From Eledone cirrhosa (taxonomy: Eukaryota): a stretch of 64,000 nucleotides of DNA. This document shows positions 53,561 to 64,000 of this stretch, piece by piece; position 1 is the stretch's first letter, and each line of letters opens with the position of its first letter. Below the pieces are notes generated by a model. The model was not told the DNA's origin. It searched no databases and was given only the letters and a program-made list of their open reading frames with translations. The DNA lies in contig OZ024740.1 in assembly GCA_964016885.1 (NCBI GenBank), positions 181,598,001 through 181,662,000 on the forward strand, written 5' to 3'. Both the position numbers and the translations under genes were made by a program.

Positions 53561-56500
53561 GTGTATGTGAGCCCGCGGAATGAATGCCTGATGAATGCCT
53601 GCTTGGTAGGGCTCTTAAGGCTGAAGATCTTTGTAATACCGAAAGTTATATACATCGACTCAAACGGGCAGTCAATAGCAAATATTGCAAATAATTGTAG
53701 AAGGCAAGTAAAAACAACGATACATTCACTAAGCTAGTCCCTTTAGAATTGCTGATGAGCACAAACTAAACACTTGTCGAATCTCATGTGGCCTCAGCAT
53801 AGCTGCTAACACCTGTGAATAAAACAATTAAAGCAGACCAAATGATTGTATTGTACATAATTCCTGCTGTCTACTGCAGTGAGTTTTACACAAGTTCACA
53901 ATGACTATATACAGTTATGTTGAGTAAGGTATTGTCATTACCTAATTCTAATAACAGGTATTAGCTAATAATACCTTCAGTGATAGTCAGACATCTTATC
54001 AACCTATTTATTTTCATCATCCAATTGAAAATTATAAAGACAAAATAAAAATCACAATGAAACGGGGCTTATAAAGGATAAACGTCACATCATTTGAATA
54101 CAACACTACTCTTTATGATTCAACTTTATACAATATATGATAACCTAAGTGAATATATTATGCGTTAGGTGAGAAATGATATATCTGATATCGATAATTA
54201 CACCCAATATAAAGTATTTCATATGTGCCGGCATAGAGTGAAATCATTTTTTTCAGGAGTAGAGTTTAGATTACTTGCAGTTGTAATGTGGTTTTAGTTG
54301 CTGGGTCATTTGATCTTATAGTTGATTATCTGTCCTACAGCTAATTACACATCAATGCAATAGAGATGAAACCAGTGGTCTAACCATTGAGGCAAATAGA
54401 ATCACTGTGCAATTGTGTGAGTTGATCAGAAACAGACGATTACTAATTCAGCACTTTAAACTAATTGACAGAGAGAAATATTTCCTTGTCATTTTGTTCA
54501 TTAACATTTGTGTTAGCGTAAAGTCAAATATTTATTAGAATTATCTGACAGATTGGGAAATGATTACACGTTAAAAAATAGCTATCATACAGAATATTCT
54601 GTAGAGGGTGCCTATATATAATCACTCAACCTGCTATCTCAAATCCTACTACATCATCTTAAGTGAAGTAACATTTTGGATAATGTAGTCCGAGATACAC
54701 CTGGAAAAAGTCATGGCTAGAATCCTTTTGATCAGAATAGCAACAAAACAACATAATACGCTTAATTTGCATTTCATTACTGGTATGGTGTGGTCCCGTA
54801 ACACCGGATCGAGTTGTAGGGGTGCCGTAGTGCCATACGTCATTTTTGGGGAACTACTTAAGCCTGGCGAAGCCCATTCCTTCCAGGCCTGAACAAGACA
54901 GATCTCTTCCAGAGAATGATAGAAAGTGGGAGAGAAGAATTGAGAAAGATATATAGAGGAAGAATTGACCACAGTACTAGACTGATAGATTTTTTATCGA
55001 CCTCGAAAGGTTGAAAGATAAAGTTGACCGTTTCGTTAATATGAACTATCAAAACCGTAAGATTAATTTATCATAAACTTACCTAGAAATTCTGCATTCA
55101 ATATATATACTTTGATAACTACATTGAGCCTCTCAATGTACAACTATGCATACAAGTTGTACAATACAGATGCCACTAAAATGTCAGGAGGATTTCAATT
55201 TTGTATGGCACTTGATTAATTTAGTGAATGTTATAATCAATTGATGATAATGATGATGGTGGTGGTCGTTGTCGTGCTGGTAGTGGTGGTGGTGGTGATG
55301 TTGTTGATGATGGTGATGGTGGTGGTGGTGGTGGTGGTGGTGGTGATGATGACGATGGTGATGATGATGTTGATGATGATGTGAAAAGACAATGGCATGC
55401 TAGACATAGTAATTTGTCTTCCTGAAAACTGTCCTTGGAGAAATAGAAGATTATTTAAGAGGAGATCATATACATGATGTGAGTTGGGGACCTGAGTTTA
55501 TTTCGGTTATTTTCAGTTTAAATACTTTCCCGGTTTACCAATGTTAGTAATACAATTGGGAAAGGCATGAAAATCAATCTTCACCTTTCTCCACCACTTC
55601 AATCACAACCTAGATCTCCAGTCAAGTTACTAATGCAAGACCATATTTTAGTTAGTTTTAAGACAAGTATGATAAGACAAATGTACTCCTGTCAATATAT
55701 AACCCAAACACAAGTGATTGATGATACCACAAGACTAAATACTTTGCAGAGTGTAGTTATGATTCTTCAGCATCATCATCATCATCATCATTTTATGTGT
55801 GCCTTCCATAATGGCATGGGTTGGACGGTTCGTAACTGACTGAATCAAATCTTGTTTGGAATTACTGCTCTTTAAGATGGGATGGGAGATCACAGCTCAA
55901 ACCTTCATTACAATTGTTTGCCTAGTTTCCACAGCTGTATGCTTTTCATACGACCAAACACGTTACAGATTGCACTTGATGCATTTTATAATGGTACCGG
56001 TAGTAAAATTGTTGTCAAAGTCTAAACATTACAAAAAGGTTCAATTTTATACATGGGACTTTGTGGTTAGATAATGGGATTGTCAATCATGAGGTTGCGA
56101 GTTCGATTGCCGGATTGAGTGCCGTGTTAGGTCCTTGAGTAAGACGCTTTATTTCACATTGCTCCCACTGCCAGGAGTTGCGGCTTGTAGATAGTATCAA
56201 CAATAGAAGGAGTAATGGAAACATTAATTCCTTAGTCCGATTTGACGAGCTTCACCCTACTTAATAAGTGAATGAGGTTTGGAATCTTGTCGATCAATTC
56301 ATTCTTCGCTTTTTACACATGGTTTCTACAATTGTTCTGAACAAAATATATGGCCTTGTGCCAACGTTAACTCTAAATACTTCCTCAAAAATGGTCAAAT
56401 ATATTCTCAATTATACCCCTAAAGAGAGGCCTCAGATAGAATGATGTACAGTACTTGTTCCAGTTCCGTGCATTTCAGGTTCCATTCTCATTAAGAACAA

Positions 56501-56591
56501 TGGTACATTTCATCTTTTTGTGATTGATAAATAAAATACCAACCAAACACTCTTGCTGGTTTTTCTTTCTTCTTTCTCACTTACATTCTAT

Positions 56592-56682
<91 letters not shown>

Positions 56683-56767
56683 CTCTCTCTCTATCTATCT
56701 ATCTAACTCTCTCTCTCTCTCTCTCTCTCTCTCGTTCTCTCTCTCCCGTTCTCTCTCTCTCTCTCTG

Positions 56768-56800
<33 letters not shown>

Positions 56801-57504
56801 AAGAGAGAGAGAGAGAGATTATCTATAGTCAAAAAGATGGTGTCTTGTAAAAACCACCTGAAGAGGAAACGCCTACTAGAAGGCAACAGGAATCCAACAT
56901 TATATTCTGTTATACTAATTCTGTGACATAATGCTTGTCCAGATCACTTGGGGTCGTCCGATGTCTGCTAGCCCAAGGAACAAGGAACGGAAAGGCATAG
57001 ACATATCTAAGTGGATTTGAACTACAATATAAGGCTCACAAATGTAAAGTGCACACCATTAATTTTTAAGCATCATAATCTTAGCGGATAAGCCAATGAA
57101 TAAGTATATATATATGATTCTGAAGCCGGTCGAAAAGGCAGCTAAATTTCTTCCAAACTGCATTCTACTGTGTTAAATAAGCAAGACTAATTTCAATTAA
57201 TAATCCGAAAAGTACTAAAAGTCGATGGTGGGATCAGAGTTGACATAGTGCAGAACAATAACAAAAACAGCATCTATAATAACTATATAGTGGAAGGTAT
57301 TTACTTTGTATAGCTCTCGTTGCTATGGATCAACTATCCCTACCAACATATCTAGAGTATTAATATTAAAAGCAAAACAAAAACATGAAATTGCTGAAAA
57401 GCAAGTTTAAAACCTCTGCAAAAAGAATTGGGATAATAAGTTCACATTTCCATTTCCTTTATCTGTAATTGATGCATTGATGCTACTCCCACTCCCCATC
57501 TCCC

Positions 57505-57584
<80 letters not shown>

Positions 57585-58714
57585 CCTCACCGCAGACTAT
57601 ATACATATTTATGTTTGTGAATGTATGAATATATATATATGAGAGAGAAACAGAGAGAGAGAAAGGTGAGGAGGAGAGCACAATTTGCAATTTATTGACA
57701 ATCTAGAGGGTTATGCCTTGCTTGAACTTTCAGATTCTCTGAAAAAGAAACTTCATTTCTGGATCACCCATGCATAAAAATGTGTGTAGCCATGGAGTGA
57801 AACACTGTGCTTCATGTATTAAGTGTTATTTTTGCTGCTTTTCCTATTAATGTCAACGTAAATAAATATACATACACAGATGTTTGTGTGTGCGTGTATA
57901 TATATATATATATGTATATGCATTATGCATATATATGTGTATAAGTGTGTGTGTGTATTTTTTGTGTGTGTGCTGTATTGTGAAGAGAGATTGGAAGGCA
58001 GCTTGTAGCCTAATTGGAATCACTATTGTTCAGCAAATATTAGATAAGAGATTCCCAGTGCTGTCAATAGTTCTGTTGATTTATTTATCACACAGATTGT
58101 TTCTTGAAGCTTACAACAAAATAAGATGCAGCAACAGAAACCACACACTTTACAACTGCTTTTACTGTTAGCTTGAGTTGGAAGGGTCATTAGGGGTCAA
58201 GTCAATTCCTATGTGAACTTACAGCCTTCCTAAACAGATAGTAGGGGTTGAGTCTTTTCTCACAGATGGATGATCTTATTGATGCCAAACCCTTGATAGG
58301 AGGTAGTAGATGAATTTTATTCAGGTGTTCAAGATGTTTTCATGTCCATGGCAAGAATAAGTGTTCCTCTCAATCCCACATTGTTTCTGCTCATTTAGCA
58401 AGCAAATATTTCAGAGTATACTGGGTGCATTGTATAAAATATGTCTATTCTTGATACCACTTGAATTTGGTAAACTTTGTTCCTTCTCATATTTTCCTGA
58501 GGAAATGCAGTTATAGATATTATTTATGGTCTTAATACTTCATAATTAATTATTTCCAGTTGTTTACACACGCATGAACCATTGTAGCCATGTTGAAATT
58601 GTCAAAGAAATTAAAGAAGGAATTTAAGTTAACATTGGTCTTTTGTCATATTGTTTATGTGCTTGTGTGTGTATAAACTCATTAATATTTCATGTCAGAT
58701 TTTACATACTTGTA

Positions 58715-58825
<111 letters not shown>

Positions 58826-59131
58826 TTATTTCATATATATATATATAATACTGAGTCTCGTTACACTGGAATTTACATCTTATGACTATGTGATAAACAG
58901 CCGAAAACCCCACGCAAGAAACTTTACTATTGAGCCCTAATAAAATGAATATATCATCATCATCATCGTGTAACGTCCATCTTCCACGCTAGCATGGATA
59001 TAAATCAATGGATATTTGTCTAAAACCTTATTATTATTTTTCATTATTGTATATATATATATATACATATATATATACATATATATATATACACAGATTT
59101 ATTTATTTTTTCATTATTATATATATATGTT

Positions 59132-59208
<77 letters not shown>

Positions 59209-59278
59209 TATTACTTATACATATATACATATATATTTAATATATATATATATGTATCTCTCTCTCTCTGTCTCTCTC

Positions 59279-59341
<63 letters not shown>

Positions 59342-59519
59342 GCGAAGAAATACCAACGACGGCTGGAAGATCACTGATGACGGACGCCTTATCTTATGCT
59401 CTAATTTTATTTATATGTATCCCATTTGCAACAACGCAGCACGCCATTTTCCATATATATATATATATATAATTCAATGGTATTAAATAAATGGAAACTA
59501 TATTTATAAAACCATATTT

Positions 59520-59579
59520 ATTCTATTATATATATTTCAAGGGAACCAAAAACTTTGGTACGCTTTCATCAGATAAAAT
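59520..59579 (-). ncRNA. Type I hammerhead (family A)
   Basis: Minus: attttat-CTGATGA-aag...ctt-GAAA-tatata-TA-atagaat. Confidence 0.8.
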
Positions 59580-59692
59580 TTTGACATAGCCAAGGAAAAC
59601 ATACCCTATCAGTTGAATATTCCTTGGAATATTCAACTGATAAGGTATGTTTTCCTTGGCTATGTCAAAATTTAAAAAAACACTCTTTGTAC

Positions 59693-59748
59693 TTTATCTG
59701 ATGAAAGCGTACCAAAGTTTTTGGTACCCTTGAAATATATATAATAGA
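59693..59748 (+). ncRNA. Type I hammerhead (family A)
   Basis: tttat-CTGATGA-aag-c-gtaccaaa-gtt-tttggtac-c-ctt-GAAA-tatata-TA-ataga. Confidence 0.85.
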
Positions 59749-60619
59749 ATAAATATGGTTTTATAAATATAGATTCCATTTATTTAATATCATTGAATAT
59801 TTACTCCAGAAATCTGTCGAGTGCACTGAATCAATTATAAACATTTATATTTGTTGAATTTCCAACAAATTAAATCCCTTCCACTTATATATATATATAT
59901 ATATATCCTCCATGTCATATATCTCTATATCCTCTATGTCATATCTGTATATCCCCCTCCATGTCATACGCACCATGTAGAGTTTTACTGAACCTTTATT
60001 TAACAGAGAGTTGCTATAGCTTCCCTACCCTTCGTTTCCTGGCTGTCCGGTTCTTATTCTGATGTTGCTGATAACCCTTCTTTGATCAACTTCTCCTACA
60101 CATTAATTAGATACTTATTAATTATGCAGAGCTCAGTGTACACACTCATGGTACCTGTTTACAACATCATGGACTGAGCAATCAAGATAGAAATGAATAC
60201 CAAGACAGCTGTATGAAAAAGTGCAGGGCGACCAAAATTGATGGAAGTTACAGAGTAGGTAGACCCAGAAAAACCTGTGAAATTTAAATAAATTCCAACC
60301 TTACACACTTACACCTCTCTAAGACAATGTCACTGGACCGAGATCTTTGGCGCACGCACTAATACAGAAGACCCACCTTGCCTAAGTAAAAAGCGAAACC
60401 TAGTCAGTAGGCACCTCTTAACCAAATATACACCAAATCACACTACCCCTACTCCATTCTCCCATTCCTACCAACAAAACCCTCTCTCTGTAAAGTTATG
60501 TTAGTAACAACATCCAGTCCGAACTAATGAGAGCGTGTAGGAGTCAAGACAAAAAAACACACAGGCAACGCTGTAATGTGGCCGTGTAAGAAACATGGTA
60601 AAAACCTCCCAGTCCACAC

Positions 60620-60796
60620 TGTAAATGTGGTTGGTGTTAGGAAGGGCATCCAGCCGTCGAAAACTTGCCAGACAGTCCTATACGAGCGAGACACCGTCAC
60701 CTGACCAATCTTGCCTCAAGTGGGACAATTCCCGTCTAACTCATGCTAGCGTGGAAAATAGATGTTAACCGATGATGATGATGATGATGATGATGA
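60620..60796 (+). mobile_element. SINE/LINE 3' end with (GAT)n tail
   Basis: Sister of 42738-42900. Confidence 0.7.
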
Positions 60797-60809
60797 TATA
60801 TATATAAAT

Positions 60810-61410
60810 TGGTTGAATTTTGCTTGTTCTGCTTATCTTAATATTATAGTTCTGGTATGTCAAATTAATACCATAGAACAACCTTAAATCAGAGACAACC
60901 TATATATTTCTAGGGGTACTTAGTACCCTTGGGAATATTAACTTCTTTTATTATCTCCGTTATGTTGAGAACAAATCTGTTGTTTCTATTTAGCTGCCAT
61001 TTTTAGTAACGAGATAGACAACACGTCTATGCTTTTCCCGCTTTCACCTCGGACAGTTCACATACGGGTCATTTTTCGACCTTTTAGATCCGTGATAGCT
61101 GGCGGATAACAATATATTTGATCGTTCCTGGGTCTTTAGCCCTAGGAAAGGAAAATGCTTCTCTGATGAACTTTGATTTTCCATTAGAAATCCATTGGAT
61201 TTCTGGTGTTTTACAAAGCGAAACCGATCGGTAAGGGCCAAAAGAATAGGTAAATATTTAAATTATATTTTTTTATTTATTTAAAAAAAATGGTTGAATT
61301 TTGCTTGTTCTGCTTATCTTAATATTATAGTTCTGGTATGTCAAATTAATACCATAGAACAACCTTAAATCATAGACAACCTATATATTTCTAGGGCATA
61401 TTAACTTATT
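60810..61410. repeat. Direct repeat of ~106 bp, period 481, TA-flanked
   Basis: 60810-60915 matches 61291-61396. Confidence 0.8.
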
Positions 61411-61579
61411 TTATATATATTTATATATATATATGTAGATAAATCTACGAAAATATACAGTAGTGTCCAATCCGTATGATTAACTCAATGTAATCCAAGT
61501 ATCATGAAAAGAGAAGATGCATTCAAAAATGTTCGATGAAAATCATAGGAAAACAGTGTCAATGTATATGTGTGTGGGT

Positions 61580-61667
61580 ATGTATATCATATAGATCTAT
61601 GTTACAAATTATCAGAGGAAATATATTTCCTCTGATAATTTGTAACATAGATCTATATGATATACAT
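61580..61667. repeat. 88-bp perfect palindrome
   Basis: Centre ATATAT at 61621-61626; the arms match base for base. Confidence 0.9.
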
Positions 61668-61770
61668 CCCAGAAACAATCGTAAAATGATGAATTTTTTA
61701 ATATAAAAAGAACTTGTTCTTTGTTTTTTATTTCATTGTTTTTATTAATTTATATATATATATATATATA

Positions 61771-62534
61771 TGAAAATAAGGGCGCTGCGGAGTTGCAAAT
61801 GGGTTACATATGAAAAAAGTTTGTCCTTCATCAGTGATCTTCCAACCATCATAGGCATTTCATCGGTTTAAAGACCATATACCTCCGGTTGGTGCGAGCA
61901 ACGGCTAAAAAAAGACGTTGGGACACATAAATAAAGGGGACGCGAGGGTAAACAAACAAAATGGTGAAGCAACAGAAAGTGCGGAAGAAAGAGACAAGCC
62001 CAAATTTCTAAGAATTTAAATTCGGTGAAATCGTGAACGAGAGAATAAAGACCATCAAACCTGGTTGAAATGTGAGCAAGGAAGGAATTTCGCACAGGTC
62101 TAACGGGAGGAAGAAGGGGTCTGGTCTGCGAATTCGGTAAACATAAGTTCTGTGAAATCGTAGACGAGAGAGAGAAAAAATGCATACCAGCTTTGCCAGC
62201 GTGCGGGAGAAAAGAATTACACGCAGGTCAAACGGGAAGAAAGAGGAGGAGGAGAGTTAGTGACAGAGAGAGAGAGACTGCTAGAAAGGGTAAAGATACA
62301 TAGATCGAAAAAGACATGTAGCAGCAGAGGAAAAAATATGTGTAAATATGAAAATAAGGGCGCTGCGGAGTTGCAAATGGGTTACATATGAAAAAAGTTT
62401 GTCCTTCATCAGTGATCTTCCAACCATCATAGGCATTTCATCGCTTTAAAGACCATATACCTCCGGTTGGTGCGAGCAACGGCTAAAAAAAGACGTTGGG
62501 ACACGTAAATAAAGGGGACGCTAGGGTAAACAAA

Positions 62535-62540
<6 letters not shown>
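61771..62540 (-). mobile_element. TA-flanked element with 192-bp terminal direct repeats (period 578)
   Basis: 61771-61962 matches 62349-62540; diverged relative at ~59340-59455 (+). Confidence 0.75.
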
Positions 62541-62569
<29 letters not shown>

Positions 62570-62689
62570 TATATATATATATATAGATATGTAAAATCTG
62601 AGATAACATATTAATGAGTTTATGCTCACACAAACAAACACACACATACACACACACATACACACACTAATATAATCAATATGACAAAA

Positions 62690-62727
62690 GAGCTGATGAT
62701 CCGAATAAGGTGAAACAATTTGTTCTT
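62690..62727 (+). ncRNA. Minimal hammerhead-like motif with weak stems
   Basis: gag-CTGATGA-t-cc-gaataa-gg-t-GAAA-caatttg-TT-ctt. Confidence 0.45.
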
Positions 62728-62862
62728 GGCAAGATGAACAATATGTTGAGGAACTACTTATATATCTATCTTATAAAGAAATATATATATATATATTGCA
62801 TGAAATATATATATATATAGCATGGCCTCAGCCGGATGCCTGGAACGTGTAAAAGAGTAAAA

Positions 62863-62917
<55 letters not shown>

Positions 62918-63099
62918 GAAATATATACAAGCTTGTAAAATTTGAAACACAGAGTCAACAAATGTTAAATGATGAAGATGATAACGATATACATATATAT
63001 GTGTGTATATATCTATATATAAATACATATATATAAATTCTATAAAATGTACACAATGCAGATCTTGGGTACACAAGAAATGTAGTGGGATAGCAAGCA

Positions 63100-63831
63100 A
63101 ACGAACAGTTAGGGAAAACTACACATGCAGTTGATGTACAGGGACATCTGACACTAGAAGTCGCAGTGATAACACATTTCTCAAATGCAGGTAGGATCTA
63201 TAGAAGTCGTTGATAGCTTCTGATACTTAGGTGATCAGATTAGCAAGGGAAGATAGTTCTCCGAGGCCATAGTATCTAGAATAAGGGTGGGCTGGAAGAA
63301 GTTTAGGGAGCTGCTTCCTCTGTTGACAAAGAAGGGTTTCTCCTACGAACGAAAGGCCAGTTATATGATGCCTGTGTGAGATGCGCGATGTTACACGGTA
63401 GTGAGACATGGGCAGCAACTGCGGAGGATAGGCGACGGGTGGAGAGAAATGAAGCAAGCATGCTCCGTTGGATGTGCAATGTCAATGTGCGTGAATGACT
63501 AAGCATAGATGAGTTGTGAGAGAAGCTGTGTATAAGAGGGATAAGTTGTAGTGTGCGGTAGTGTTGACTGCGTTGGTATGGATATGTGATGTGCATTGAG
63601 GATGACCGTTGTGTAAAGAAGTGCCAAGAAATCCCAGTAGTAGGAATAAGCAGTAGAGGAAGACAACGAAAAACATGGGCGGATGTGGTGAGAGCAGACT
63701 TCAGATATCTGAAGCTCATATAGCAAATGACAAAGACCGGGATAAATGGAGAGATGCTATGCTGAATAGGACCCGTCCCACCCTTGCCAGCAGGGAAAAG
63801 TGGACGTAAAATGATGATGATGATGATGATA
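63100..63831 (+). pseudogene. RTE-clade LINE 3' fragment with (GAT)n tail; second fragment from ~63880
   Basis: LYDACVRCAMLHGSETWA, ERNEASMLRWMCNV, LRWYGYV, RGRQRKTW. Confidence 0.8.
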
Positions 63832-64000
63832 AATATACACAACTGTGGGATGCCTTTGTGCAAAGTGTGATGGTGCAGTGACTGCAGAAGAAACGTGTGG
63901 TCTGGAGAGAAATAAAGAAGCCCTGCTTCCTTGGATGTGCAACGTAAATGTGAGAGAAATGCTGAGCTTGGATGAACTGAGGGAGAATCTGTGTTAAAGA

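Larger units (their letters stand above)
59472..59887 (+). mobile_element. Family A HHR element, near-complete fold-back plus tail
   Basis: 59472-59623 pairs with 59627-59798 apart from one indel; tail actc(59803)...gagtgc(59819); (TA)n both sides. Confidence 0.85.

Noticed and set aside
58255-58312. Possible host exon (cag-ATGGATGATCTT...GGAG-gtag)
   Set aside because: Only a short splice-like pattern, with no recognisable protein or partner exons; needs RNA-seq.

Overview
Eukaryotic, AT-rich, microsatellite-dense genomic DNA with no recognisable host gene. The SINE families and (TA)n density suggest a mollusc, most likely an octopus (inference). The window is dominated by Penelope-like retroelements (PLEs). 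These include three recognisable RT + GIY-YIG ORFs (942-2058, 3360-6418, 7455-9248), a decayed RT (47410-47907), and about ten short non-coding PLE-type elements carrying minimal type I hammerhead ribozymes (HHRs). Almost all sit inside (TA)n tracts. Most are built as two outward-pointing 3' arms of unequal length: one ends at an internal ATAT site, the other runs 60-170 nt further through an ACTC...GAGT or GCTCT...AGAGC hairpin 'tail'. Two families form retrozyme-like tandem units with one HHR each (595 bp at 11.9-13.0 kb; 465-556 bp at 22.4-25.0 kb). Several HHRs have non-canonical cores with intact helices (U3-A8, CCGUYGA, an extra nucleotide after A9, U.U at 10.1-11.1). The remainder is decayed LINEs (RTE, Ingi/Vingi-like, R4/Dong-like), a decayed hAT transposase, SINEs and MITEs. 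Most short ORFs in the track are microsatellite artefacts. All folds were read by eye and none was computed or tested.
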